NCBI GenBank assembly: GCA_963739935.1
Contig: CAVUBX010000003.1
Location: 100,807-164,806, forward strand
Direction: 5' to 3'
Source of the DNA: an uncultured Acidobacteriota bacterium
GTDB taxonomy: Bacteria > Acidobacteriota > Terriglobia > Acidiferrales > UBA7541
Length of the DNA stretch: 64,000 nt
A model generated the notes under the pieces. The model saw nothing but the letters and a program-made list of their open reading frames with translations. It made no database searches and had not been told where the DNA came from. Position 1 is the stretch's first letter; each line of letters opens with the position of its first letter. Position numbers and translations under genes: made by a program. Below are positions 18,632-28,179 of the stretch, piece by piece.

Positions 18632-19207
18632 CTAGACACTGCTTTTCCTCATCCGGTTCCAGTCGATCCTCCACCGTCCTCGCGGCATCTTGATCCACAC
18701 CAGCTTCCGCACCGGCGTCCCGCGCGCATGGTGATACAGCACCGCCGCCCGCTGGTAAAACCCTCGCGTGTGTGGCGACCCAACGTACGCAAAACTCTTG
18801 CAGTCCAGGTGATGGCAAAACTCGTGGCATAGCGTGCTGAAAAATGTCCCGTAAGATGTGACCTGCTTGCGAACCGCCGTGCGCATCCACACCCGAATCA
18901 CCAGCGTCTCCGGGTGGTAATCGCCGAAAAGTTCCGACGACCAGCCGCCTTCGCGCACGCGCAACGGCCGCGCCGACAAAACGCGCAGCTCCGGCCTTTT
19001 CACCCGGTAGAAATCCGCGGCCACCGCTATAAAATCGTTGCACGCGTAGAGCACTGCTGCGGGCTTGCCGCCCTGCATCGCCGATTCAATCGCGCTCGCG
19101 CGCGTTCGCAGCCGGTCGTCGGCTGGCACCGGCAGGTCCACGTGCTGATCGCTCGCCTGGTACTCGCCCAGCCGCGACGCTTGCCGCGGTGGAATGTCTG
19201 TGACCAT
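18632..19207 (-). CDS. hypothetical HExxH zinc-metallopeptidase-like protein
   Basis: ORF of 191 aa with a single HEFCHH motif preceded by a hydrophobic helix (TFFSTLCHEFCHHLD). No other family signature was recognised. Confidence 0.5.
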   Translation of the reverse strand: MVTDIPPRQASRLGEYQASDQHVDLPVPADDRLRTRASAIESAMQGGKPAAVLYACNDFIAVAADFYRVKRPELRVLSARPLRVREGGWSSELFGDYHPETLVIRVWMRTAVRKQVTSYGTFFSTLCHEFCHHLDCKSFAYVGSPHTRGFYQRAAVLYHHARGTPVRKLVWIKMPRGRWRIDWNRMRKSSV

Positions 19208-19310
19208 TACAAAATATGTTTAGCGGAATGCGCCCCTGCCCGCAAGTTCACCCGTGCAAGTCCGGACACACGCGCTGTTCCGTCCCCGTTTTTGCATATA
19301 CTGGGAGCGT

Positions 19311-21404
19311 ATGAAAAAAATGGATTTCTTCCACTTGAGCCGTCGCGCCTTTGCGCTCTCCAGCCTCATCGTCTTGCTCAGCCTTTCCGGCTGGAGCCTC
19401 CTGCGCGCGCAATCGCAACCTCCCGCGCAAAATCAGCCGGCACGGCAATCCGCCTCGCAGGCGCAGCGGCCCTCGAATCCGCAAACGCCGCAGCCCTCCA
19501 ATCCGAAGGCACCGCAGCCATCGTCGCCATCCGCCGCGTCCCAGCCCGCCGCGCACATCGACCGCAACGCCATCGTCAACCATCTGAATCTCGCCATCAG
19601 TTGGTATCGCGATTCCAATAGCAAAGTGCAGGCTCCCGGCCAGCCCAGCGACGTCATCTATCGCGACAACGCCCAGAATTTTGCCGCCGAAGCATTGCGT
19701 CTCGCTTTCCAATCCGCGAAGGAGGAAGCCGAAATCATCAGCACTGCCGATAAGGGCGACACCGGCGACGAAGACAATCAGCCCGACGCCTCCGGCCAGC
19801 CCAATTACACCCGCTTTCAGATCCGCTTGGCCGCGCAGATGGCCGACCTGCAGTCGCAGATCGACGCCCAGAACAAAGCCATCGCCAGCGCCTCGGCCTC
19901 CACGCGGCAGCAGGCCGTCGCCAAACGCGACGCTCTCCAGGGTCAGATGGATCTCTACAAGTCCATGCAGGATGCTGTGCAGAAAATGGCCACCTTCGCC
20001 GAAACCACCGAAGCTTCCACCAGCGGGTTGGCCGGCACCATCAACACTCTGGCGAGATCTGTCCCCGAAGTGCTCGCCAATCCTAAAAACCCCGGGAACA
20101 CCAAATCTGCCGCAACGCCAGCGCCTTCCGCCACGCAAGCACAAAATTCCAACCCCACCGGCCTGGTCGGCCAGATGGTCGCCTTGTATGACCAGCTCAC
20201 CGACATGCACTCGCTCGATGGCATGGTCACGGAAACCGGACGCGTGCGCGCCGCCGCCAACGCCGTTCGAAAGCCCCTGCGCGACAATCTCGTAGCTACC
20301 ATTCGCGCCGGAAACATCGTCCTGAATCAGAATCCCAACGCGTCATCCACGCCGAATCAGCCCGCGTCCGCTTCGCCGCGATCCGCGGCGGACGTCCAGA
20401 AACACTATCGCGATCTTACCGCGCAGTTCCGCTCTTACTCCGACGCCATGGTTCCTCTCGCCCAGGAAGCGGCCGTGCTCGATCAGAGCCAGGCAAATTT
20501 CCAGGAATGGCGACGTTCCATCGCTCGCGAATCGTATGTGACCCTGCAATCGCTGCTCACGCGCGTGCTGGGCATTGCCATCGCGCTGGCCGCGGTATTT
20601 CTGCTCTCCGAAATTTGGCGCAGGTTGACTTTCCGTTATATCCGCGATCCCCGCCGCCGCCGGCAGTTTCTCGTGCTGCGCAAGTTCGTCATCGGATTTC
20701 TCTTTGGCGTCGTCATCATTCTCGGCTTCGTAAGCGAGTTCAGCTCGCTCGCCACCTTCGCCGGATTCGTCACCGCCGGCATCGCCGTCGGCTTGCAGAC
20801 CGTGCTGTTGTCGGTTGCCGCCTACTTTTTCGTGATCGGCCGCTACGGCATTCGCGTCGGCGACCGCATCAGCATTTCCGGCGTCACCGGTGACGTCATC
20901 GACGTTGGCTTGGTTCGTCTCTACATCATGGAACTGGCCGGCCCCGCTGTGGATCTCTATCCCACCGGCAGAATTGTCGTATTCTCCAATTCCGTGCTGT
21001 TTCAGGCAGCCACGCCTCTCTTCAAGCAGCTTCCCGGCACCGATTACACCTGGCACGAAGTGGCCCTCGATCTTGCGCCGGGCGGCAATCACAAGGCTGT
21101 CGAGGAGAAAGTTTCCGCCGCGGTGAACTCCATCTTCGAAAAATATCGCGCCACTCTCGAGAGTCAGACCGGATATGTGGAAGGTCACATGGAATTCCAG
21201 CTCAAGTCGCCCGCCCCCGACTCGAAACTGCAATTTACCGACACCGGACTCGAGCTGATGGTTCGCTATCCCGTGGAGCTGCGAAAAGAAGCGGAAACCG
21301 ACGATCTCATTACCCGCACCCTCGTCGACCTGATCGATAAGGACCAAGCTCTGAAAGCCGCCGTCAACGGCTCGCCCAAAATCCGCGCCGTGGTCAAAGG
21401 CTAG
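19311..21404 (+). CDS. mechanosensitive ion channel (MscS) family protein with long N-terminal periplasmic/coiled-coil extension
   Basis: Start placed at MKKMDFF with a signal peptide. The N-terminus is P/Q/S-rich. The C-terminal third has three TM helices followed by GDRISISGVTGDVIDVGLVRLYIME, the MscS beta-domain signature. Confidence 0.8.
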   Translation: MKKMDFFHLSRRAFALSSLIVLLSLSGWSLLRAQSQPPAQNQPARQSASQAQRPSNPQTPQPSNPKAPQPSSPSAASQPAAHIDRNAIVNHLNLAISWYRDSNSKVQAPGQPSDVIYRDNAQNFAAEALRLAFQSAKEEAEIISTADKGDTGDEDNQPDASGQPNYTRFQIRLAAQMADLQSQIDAQNKAIASASASTRQQAVAKRDALQGQMDLYKSMQDAVQKMATFAETTEASTSGLAGTINTLARSVPEVLANPKNPGNTKSAATPAPSATQAQNSNPTGLVGQMVALYDQLTDMHSLDGMVTETGRVRAAANAVRKPLRDNLVATIRAGNIVLNQNPNASSTPNQPASASPRSAADVQKHYRDLTAQFRSYSDAMVPLAQEAAVLDQSQANFQEWRRSIARESYVTLQSLLTRVLGIAIALAAVFLLSEIWRRLTFRYIRDPRRRRQFLVLRKFVIGFLFGVVIILGFVSEFSSLATFAGFVTAGIAVGLQTVLLSVAAYFFVIGRYGIRVGDRISISGVTGDVIDVGLVRLYIMELAGPAVDLYPTGRIVVFSNSVLFQAATPLFKQLPGTDYTWHEVALDLAPGGNHKAVEEKVSAAVNSIFEKYRATLESQTGYVEGHMEFQLKSPAPDSKLQFTDTGLELMVRYPVELRKEAETDDLITRTLVDLIDKDQALKAAVNGSPKIRAVVKG

Positions 21405-21538
21405 CCCGTTTTATTTTTTGGGCTTGGATTTGCCTTCGGTTTCCTTGGGCCTAGCCCGGCGTGCTTCGCGTCTGTTTTTTGTTGCTCTACCTTTTATTTT
21501 GCCGCGGCTTTCAACCCGCCATGTTCTTTTTTTCACGG

Positions 21539-21612
21539 TGTCATCCCGAAGCGAGCCGCGCCCGGTGAGGGCGCACGGAAAATGTTCAGCGAGTCGAGGG
21601 ATCTCTCTTCGG
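21539..21612 (+). repeat. intergenic hairpin repeat family, locus 3
   Basis: Reads TGTCATCCCGAAGCGAGCC-GCGCCC GGTGA GGGCGC-...GTCGAGGGATCTCTCTTCGG. Confidence 0.8.
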
Positions 21613-21641
21613 TTTTTTCCGGTATCTGTAACTGCTGGGAA

Positions 21642-21836
21642 TTACAGCGGGGAATCGGCGCCGGCCACCTGCGCCCTGGCGCGCTTTTCCGATTCGTCTC
21701 TTCGCAGGTTGCGCACCTTGTCCAGCACCGCCATGGTCAGCGCTTCCACGAATTCCTGCTTGGTCAACTTCTGCCAGCCGATGCGAAACTTCGCTTCGAT
21801 CTCGCCCTCCGGATTGCTGGCATGATCATCGGACAT
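21642..21836 (-). CDS. hypothetical small protein (64 aa)
   Basis: Lies in ORF 21642..21860 with the start placed at MSDDHASNPEG. No motif was recognised and coding status is uncertain. Confidence 0.3.
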   Translation of the reverse strand: MSDDHASNPEGEIEAKFRIGWQKLTKQEFVEALTMAVLDKVRNLRRDESEKRARAQVAGADSPL

Positions 21837-21992
21837 CCGCAGGCCTCCTCGCGTACCCACGTGTTGTATGTCGCCCCAGCCGCCAGGTCAACGTAACTCG
21901 TACCGTTATGTCCTTAAAACGTAATAGCTTAGTTCTAGGACTATAAGTGTGTTAAATCCCAGGGCCTCCGTCTTTGCCCCGTGTGTGGTCCT

Positions 21993-22469
21993 TCAGAATC
22001 CCAATTGGCTCAATCCGGGATGTTCGTCCGGCCGTCGCCCCGAGGGCCAGTGATATTTCCGCTCCGATTCCTGGATCGGCAAGTCGTTAATCGACGCGAA
22101 GCGGGCTCGCATCAATCCGTTCTCGTCGAATTCCCAATTCTCATTCCCATGCGACCGATACCAGTTTCCCGAGTCGTCGTGCCATTCATACGCGAAGCGC
22201 ACCGCAATCCGGTTTCCCTCGAAGGCCCACAATTCTTTGATGAGTCGGTAATCCAGTTCCTTAGCCCACTTGCGCCGCAGAAACGCCACGATGTTCGCTC
22301 GTCCATTCACGAACTCCGCGCGGTTCCTCCAGCGCGAATCCACTGTGTAGACCAGCGCCACTTTCTCTGGATCGCGCGAGTTCCATCCGTCTTCCGCCAT
22401 CCGCACTTTCTGCGTGGCGCTCTCGCGCGTGAATGGCGGCACCGGCAGCCTCCGCGAAGTTTCTTCCAT
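21993..22469 (-). CDS. DUF1348 / NTF2-like (SnoaL-fold) family protein
   Basis: The sequence [43 protein letters not shown]...[12 protein letters not shown] matches the conserved DUF1348 pattern as remembered. Confidence 0.8.
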   Translation of the reverse strand: MEETSRRLPVPPFTRESATQKVRMAEDGWNSRDPEKVALVYTVDSRWRNRAEFVNGRANIVAFLRRKWAKELDYRLIKELWAFEGNRIAVRFAYEWHDDSGNWYRSHGNENWEFDENGLMRARFASINDLPIQESERKYHWPSGRRPDEHPGLSQLGF

Positions 22470-22603
22470 GCGGTCGTCTCCTTTTCTCGGGTCTTTATCA
22501 CAACAACCCGCGTTTGCGTCGTCCGCCGGATGTGCTAGCGTTACACCATGGTCGGCAAACTTTTCAGCTCGCGCCGCGCACTCCGCGTGGCCTCGGTGCT
22601 TGC

Positions 22604-24079
22604 ATGAGTACCACCGTCGCGGAAAAACCCGCGAAATTCAACGAGTACGACCGTCCTCACGCCGACCTGCGCGAATTCCTCGACCGCGCCGGCCGCGCCG
22701 GCGAACTCCTTCGTGTTCCTGGCGTCGACTGGAATCTCGAAATGGGCGCGCTGGCCGAAGCCATTTGCCATAAAAAGTCCGAAGCACCGGCGCTTTTGTT
22801 TGAAAATGTTCCCGGTTACCCGGAAAAAATGCAGGTGCTCTCCGGCGCCACCAATTCTTCCAAGCGTCTCGCGCTGACTCTCGGTTTTCCCGTTCCGTCG
22901 CGTGCCCTTGACGTCGTCCAGTCCTATCGCAACCGCATGAAGACGCATCAGCCCATTCCGCCCAAACTGGTTGGCGGCGGCCCGGTGCTCGAAAACATCG
23001 ACCGCGGCGAACAGGTCGATGTCCTCAAATTTCCTGTCCCGCTGCTCCACGAACTCGACGGCGGCCGCTACATCGGCACCGACGACCTCGTCATCATGCG
23101 CGACCCCGAAAACGACTGGGTCAACGCCGCCACCTACCGCTCCATGGTCGTCTCGAAAAACACCGTCTCTCTTTGGATGTCCCCCGGCAAGCACGGGCGC
23201 CAGATTCGCGAAAGATATTTTCAGAAGGGACAGTCCTGCCCGGTGCTCATCAGTTGCGGACACGATCCGCTGCTCTTTCTCGCCGGCGGCAACGAAATCA
23301 AGTTTGGCCTCTCCGAATACGACTACGCCGGCGGCCATCGCGGCATTCCGTTCGAAGTGGTGAACAGCGAGCTGTACGGCTTGCCCATGCCTGCGCACGC
23401 GGAGATCGTGCTTGAAGGGGAAATGCGCGCGGACGAAACTTCGCTCGAAGGTCCCTTCGGCGAATTTACCGGATACTACGCCAGCAGCCAGAGCCCGCAG
23501 CCGCTGGTGCATGTGCAGCGCGTCTACTACCGCGCCGATCCGATTCTGACCATCGCCAGTCCCATGCGCCCGCCCTCCACTTTTTCTTTCAGCAAGTGCG
23601 TCACGAAAGCCGGAATGATCTGGGACGAAGTCGAACGCGGCGGTCTTTCCGGCGTCACGGGCGTGTGGTGCCACGAATTTGGCGGCGCGCGCATGTTCAA
23701 CGTCATCGCCATTAAGCAGATCTATGCGGGCCACGCGCGCCAAGCCGCCATGCTCGCGGCCAACTGCCAGTCCGGCTCTTACCTGGGGAGGTTCGTCGTT
23801 GTCGTCGACCACGACGTCGATCCCACCGACCTTTTCGACGTCATGTGGGCCGTCTGCACCCGTTGCGATCCTGTCGAGGACATCGAATTTATCCGCCGCG
23901 CCTGGTCCGGTCCGCTCGATCCGCGCATCCCCAAAGGCACGTCGCACAATTCTCGCGCCATCATCGATGCTTGCCGCCCGTTCGAGCGCCTCAAGGATTT
24001 CCCAACCGTCGCGCAGTCCAGCCCCGAGCTGCGCAAAAAAATCGAAGCCAAATTCGCCGCCCTGCTCTCGAAGTTGTAA
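22604..24079 (+). CDS. UbiD-family (prenylated-FMN dependent) decarboxylase
   Basis: About 490 aa with the start at MSTTVAEKP inside ORF 22433..24079. UbiD-like segments include [44 protein letters not shown] and the C-terminal FPTVAQ. Confidence 0.85.
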   Translation: MSTTVAEKPAKFNEYDRPHADLREFLDRAGRAGELLRVPGVDWNLEMGALAEAICHKKSEAPALLFENVPGYPEKMQVLSGATNSSKRLALTLGFPVPSRALDVVQSYRNRMKTHQPIPPKLVGGGPVLENIDRGEQVDVLKFPVPLLHELDGGRYIGTDDLVIMRDPENDWVNAATYRSMVVSKNTVSLWMSPGKHGRQIRERYFQKGQSCPVLISCGHDPLLFLAGGNEIKFGLSEYDYAGGHRGIPFEVVNSELYGLPMPAHAEIVLEGEMRADETSLEGPFGEFTGYYASSQSPQPLVHVQRVYYRADPILTIASPMRPPSTFSFSKCVTKAGMIWDEVERGGLSGVTGVWCHEFGGARMFNVIAIKQIYAGHARQAAMLAANCQSGSYLGRFVVVVDHDVDPTDLFDVMWAVCTRCDPVEDIEFIRRAWSGPLDPRIPKGTSHNSRAIIDACRPFERLKDFPTVAQSSPELRKKIEAKFAALLSKL

Positions 24080-24136
24080 GGGCGCCGTCCTCGTTTTGCG
24101 GGCGTTAGCAAATTGCGACTATCGACCAAACGCGTG

Positions 24137-24309
24137 TGTCATCCTGAGAGGCTGTGACTTTTTCGATTTTGCCCGAAAACCGGCACTGAAAAGAATCGAG
24201 TTGCGCGATGAGAATCGCGTTTCTCGGAATAAAATCACACCCTCTGAGCGACGCGGGTTTCGCGGCCCGGTGAGGGCCGCGCAAGCGAGGTCGAGGGATC
24301 TCTCTTCGA
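24137..24309 (+). repeat. intergenic hairpin repeat family, locus 4 (copy split by about 90 bp of internal sequence)
   Basis: The 5-prime end TGTCATCCTGAGAGG and the 3-prime half CCCTCTGAGCGACGCGGGTTTC-GCGGCCC GGTGA GGGCCGC-...GTCGAGGGATCTCTCTTCG are separated by unrelated sequence that contains a CGCGAT-GAGA-ATCGCG hairpin. Confidence 0.7.
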
Positions 24310-24390
24310 TTGCACTCCAGCGTAGCGGCGGATTAAACCTTCCAGCCTCCACCTTTCATTAGGGAACGGCTTTTCATCGGCCCCTGACAC

Positions 24391-24429
24391 AAAAAAACGA
24401 GCCTTCCCGCCAATGGGAAGGCTCGTTTT
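24391..24429. terminator. bidirectional rho-independent terminator between convergent genes
   Basis: Reads AAAAAAA-CGAGCCTTCCC-GCCAAT-GGGAAGGCTCG-TTTT. It is an 11-bp GC-rich stem flanked by an A-run and a T-run. Confidence 0.75.
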
Positions 24430-24452
24430 GGACTTCGTCCAAGTCTTACGTC

Positions 24453-27400
24453 TTAGTCCGCGGCCACTTCCTGCCGCTGTTCCACCTGCCCTCGAAGCTG
24501 AGCTTCCATTTGCGCAAGCTGCGCGGCAATTTCTTCCTCTGCTTTTCGCCGCTTGATGATCGTCTCGCGGTAACGCCGCAGGAAGTAGTCGATGGTCTCC
24601 ACGCGGATGCGAATCGATCCGCTCGGCTTGTTTTCGTCGAGGTCCTTGAAGCAGAAGTACGGCGTGCCGGAATTCTCGATGATCCCTTCGATCACGCCAT
24701 AAATCGGCGCGTCGTGCCCGCACTTGAAGCTGGAAATCTCCAGCGCCACCAGGTTCGGATGCCGCGCCGTAAACTTCGCCGCCCAAATCTTGTGGTTCGT
24801 GCTGCACGAGTAGGAATTCTTCCACGCGTCGGTGATATCCAGCGCGTGGCTCACCACTCCCGCGCGCACCTCCTCGCCGAACAGCCGCTCCAGCATGTCC
24901 TCATCCAGCGGTAGCGTGCTCTGCGAGAAGATCGGATATCCGAGCTTCTGGAACTCTTCCATGATCTCGTGGTTCAGGCCCGGATCGTGATGATATGGCC
25001 TGCCCAGCATCACGATGCCGATGCGGTCCTCGCGCTCGAGCTGGTCAAGCACCTGGCGAGCTTGCGATCGGATCTTCTTCTCGTAATCGTCAACCGCTTT
25101 GTAGCCCACCTCGATCGCCCGGTCGTTTTCTTCGAGCGACAATCCCAGAACATCTTTCCAGGCGTCGAACATCTGGTGCGCGAATAGTTTTTTATCCGCG
25201 AAGTTCAGGATCGGATCGATGTACTTCACATTGATTTCCGCGAAAGCGTCGTTTTCCTTCGTGAACGCGGCCTTCACGGTGGCCGGAGTCGCCGTCACCG
25301 TGGGGCACGCATTCGTCCCGGTCAGCTTCACCAGCGGGGAAGTGAGCACGTCGATCATCGGAAAGAAGATCGCGTCGAGCGGCTTCTTGCGGTGCTTCAC
25401 CTGAATCAGGTTGTAGACGTGTGAGATGCCTATCTTTGCCGGGAAGCACGGGTCGATCGATCCGCGGCTCGCGCCCGCGCGATACAGCTCCGGGCTGGTG
25501 AAGTCCGAGTAGATGATGTTTTCCGGCTGTACGCCCAGGCTTTCGAGATACGCGTTGAACAGCGGCGCGTACACGTACGCGTTCAGCACGCGCGGAATTC
25601 CGATGCGCAGTTGATCGCGCGTCTCCATTTTCTCGATGCGTTCTTTCGATGCCCGCGTCCAGCCGCGCGCCGGAATCGGATCCGCGACCGACTTCGAGTT
25701 TTGCGGACGGAACACTTCGTGCGCTGCGATGTCCACGAAATTCGGGTTCGCGTCCTTGATCTGGTCGAGCCCGGCCTTGATGCCCTTCATGTCGTTCACA
25801 TCTTCCACCGTGCCTTTTTCGCAGGTGGCGATGATCAGCCGCTGCTCGTCGGCTGCCAGCGGCACCTTGGTCACTTTCTTCTTCGGCTGCGTCACGGGCA
25901 AGGGCATCAGCGTGTCGGTCTTGATGTCGATGAACGTGCGCAGGCAGGTGTTCTTGCAGAAGTTGCAGCGCGTGTCTTCGTTGCGCGTGGTGCGGTATTC
26001 GATCCTGCGCACTGAATCCAGCCCGATGAACGTTGTCCGCATGCCGTTTTTCCACAGCCGCAGCGCTTCGGCCGCCGCGCCAATCGCGCCGGATTCACCG
26101 CAATGCTCGTGCACGATAATTTCCGGCTGCTTGCCCGCGGCGCGGAAGCTGCTGCGGATGAAATCCACTTCCGCTTTCACCACCGCCAGGTTGTTCTGCG
26201 TTCCGCCTTGCAGCACGAAGCGCGAACCCAGCGCCGCCAGGTTCGGAATGCTGGCCACGTACAGGAATACGTTCTTCGGCAGCACCGCCGCCAGCCCGGC
26301 CAGAATTTCCTTGGCCTGCCAGCCCTGCCGCTGGAAGTTCACAATGTCCGACTGCATGAACACCGCGCAGCCGTACCCGAACATCGGCATGGAATTGGCC
26401 GAAAATGCCAGCTCAGCGAAGTCTTCCACCTTCAGCCCGAAACCTTCCACCGTCGATTGCAGGAAGTATCCATTGCCCGCCGAGCACTGCGTGTTCAGCT
26501 TGAAATCCTTCACGCGCCCGTCTTTCAGCACGATCAGCTTGATGTCCTGCCCGCCCACGTCCACGATCACGTGCGGGTCGTCGTAGAACTTCAGCGCCGA
26601 TTCGGTGTGCGCCACCGTTTCCACCAGCCCCACGTCGGCTTTCAGCACATCCTTCAAGATATCTTTCGCGTAGCCGGTGGTAGCCACGCCCAGAACTTCG
26701 AGTTTTGCGTGCTGCGCTTCCACTTGTCCGCGCAGGTTCTCGAACATCTCAATCGTGTCCTGAATCGGATTCCCGTTCGAGAGCTGGTAGGACTTGCAGA
26801 GAATGTCTCCATTCTCATCCAGCAGCACGGCCTTGGTCGAAGTCGACCCGCCGTCGACGCCGATGAATCCGCCGACGGTTTGCCCCTTGGAAAAAGTCGC
26901 GGGAATAAATTTCTTGCGCTTGTATTGCTCGCGAAAAGTGGCCAACTCGTCGCCGGACTTCACCAGCCCCGATCCGCCAGACTTGGCCTTCTCTTCCTGC
27001 CGTCCCACTTCGATGTAATGGATCAGCTTGTCGTAGCCGTGGTAGCAGCCGACGCAATCGTCTTCGTCCTTGCCGAATTCGATCGCGCCCAGCGCCGCGA
27101 AATACTGCGCGTTCTGCGGCACTTTGATCAGCTCTTCCGGCTTCGTTCCCGCCGGAATTTCCACTTTGCGCTCTTCCCACATTTTCGGGATGTTCGCTTG
27201 CCACGCTTCCTTCATCCCGCGAATAAAAGTGTTCGGTCCGCCCAGCAGCAGAACATGCGGCTTCAGCGTGTTGCCGCGCGTCAGCACGCTCAGGTTCTGC
27301 AGCACGATGGCGTCGAACAGCGACGCCATCAACTGGTCCGGTGGCGTGCCCACTTTCTGCAAGCCGTTGATGTCCGTCTCGGCGAACACGCCGCACTTTC

Positions 27401-28025
27401 CGGCCACTTTGTGCAGCTTGATGCCGTGATAACCCTGATCGCTCAGTTCCGCCGCGGGAATTTTCAGCTTGGCGTTGATCTTGTCGATCACCGCGCCCGT
27501 GCCGCCGGCGCACTTGTCGTTCATCGACGGGATCTTCTTCTTCCGCCCGCTCTCGTTGTCGTCCTTGAACACGATAATTTTCGCGTCCTGCCCGCCCAGC
27601 TCGATAACGGAATAGACCTCGGGATGCGCCTTTTCCACCGCCAGCGCCACCGCCGTTACTTCCTGCACGAATTTCGCCCCGATCAGCTCCGCAAGCACAC
27701 CACCGCCCGACCCGGTCACGAACATGCGCGTATTGCTGGCGCTCACGCCGACTTCGGCTTCGATCCGCTTCAAAAACTCCAGCGTTTTTTCCGGCTGCTT
27801 GGTTTCGTGGCGTTGGTAATCCTGCCAGAGGATTTCATCGGTGGCGGCGTTCACCACCAGCGCTTTTACTGTGGTCGAGCCGATGTCGAGTCCCACCATG
27901 AAGCGGTTCTCGCGGTCATTTCCGTGCGCCGCCCCATGTGGCGCGCCGTGCCCCATTCCATGCGCCGACCCATTTCCATTGCCGTTGCCGTTGCCGTTCC
28001 CATGCTGTGCCTCGTTACCATGCAT
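24453..28025 (-). CDS. BcrAD/BadFG-type ATPase (2-hydroxyacyl-CoA dehydratase/benzoyl-CoA reductase activase, two tandem ATPase domains) fused to a DUF2229/dehydratase-like C-terminal domain
   Basis: Two acetate/sugar-kinase-fold ATPase starts are present (VGLDIGSTTVKALV and IGVDGGSTSTKAVLL), each followed by a conserved Cys (KCAGGTGA, QCSAGNGY) typical of the bridging 4Fe-4S cluster. The protein is about 1190 aa. The start was placed at MHGNEAQ inside ORF 24453..28133. Confidence 0.85.
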   Translation of the reverse strand: MHGNEAQHGNGNGNGNGNGSAHGMGHGAPHGAAHGNDRENRFMVGLDIGSTTVKALVVNAATDEILWQDYQRHETKQPEKTLEFLKRIEAEVGVSASNTRMFVTGSGGGVLAELIGAKFVQEVTAVALAVEKAHPEVYSVIELGGQDAKIIVFKDDNESGRKKKIPSMNDKCAGGTGAVIDKINAKLKIPAAELSDQGYHGIKLHKVAGKCGVFAETDINGLQKVGTPPDQLMASLFDAIVLQNLSVLTRGNTLKPHVLLLGGPNTFIRGMKEAWQANIPKMWEERKVEIPAGTKPEELIKVPQNAQYFAALGAIEFGKDEDDCVGCYHGYDKLIHYIEVGRQEEKAKSGGSGLVKSGDELATFREQYKRKKFIPATFSKGQTVGGFIGVDGGSTSTKAVLLDENGDILCKSYQLSNGNPIQDTIEMFENLRGQVEAQHAKLEVLGVATTGYAKDILKDVLKADVGLVETVAHTESALKFYDDPHVIVDVGGQDIKLIVLKDGRVKDFKLNTQCSAGNGYFLQSTVEGFGLKVEDFAELAFSANSMPMFGYGCAVFMQSDIVNFQRQGWQAKEILAGLAAVLPKNVFLYVASIPNLAALGSRFVLQGGTQNNLAVVKAEVDFIRSSFRAAGKQPEIIVHEHCGESGAIGAAAEALRLWKNGMRTTFIGLDSVRRIEYRTTRNEDTRCNFCKNTCLRTFIDIKTDTLMPLPVTQPKKKVTKVPLAADEQRLIIATCEKGTVEDVNDMKGIKAGLDQIKDANPNFVDIAAHEVFRPQNSKSVADPIPARGWTRASKERIEKMETRDQLRIGIPRVLNAYVYAPLFNAYLESLGVQPENIIYSDFTSPELYRAGASRGSIDPCFPAKIGISHVYNLIQVKHRKKPLDAIFFPMIDVLTSPLVKLTGTNACPTVTATPATVKAAFTKENDAFAEINVKYIDPILNFADKKLFAHQMFDAWKDVLGLSLEENDRAIEVGYKAVDDYEKKIRSQARQVLDQLEREDRIGIVMLGRPYHHDPGLNHEIMEEFQKLGYPIFSQSTLPLDEDMLERLFGEEVRAGVVSHALDITDAWKNSYSCSTNHKIWAAKFTARHPNLVALEISSFKCGHDAPIYGVIEGIIENSGTPYFCFKDLDENKPSGSIRIRVETIDYFLRRYRETIIKRRKAEEEIAAQLAQMEAQLRGQVEQRQEVAAD

Positions 28026-28179
28026 TGTCGATTCCCCCGGAATTTCCGTGTGAAACGTGGGTTGAATGGAGGGGAGCGACGGCCAGCGACGGCTCGCTCC
28101 CCTGGAACGACGGGCGACTCGGCTGTGCTTCATTGGCGCATGTTATATGCGCCAAGCGACGCGCCCTACGAGACACCAG

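Noticed and set aside
19380-19560. Pro/Gln/Ser-rich repeats (QTPQPSNPKAPQPSSPS) at the 5-prime end of the MscS-family gene, considered as a separate repeat element.
   Set aside because: It is in frame and continuous with the signal peptide and the rest of the protein. It looks like an ordinary low-complexity periplasmic linker.
22604-24079. Expected a ubiX (flavin prenyltransferase) partner next to the UbiD-family gene.
   Set aside because: No roughly 190-aa flavoprotein with UbiX-like motifs is encoded within the window. Its absence here says nothing about the rest of the genome.
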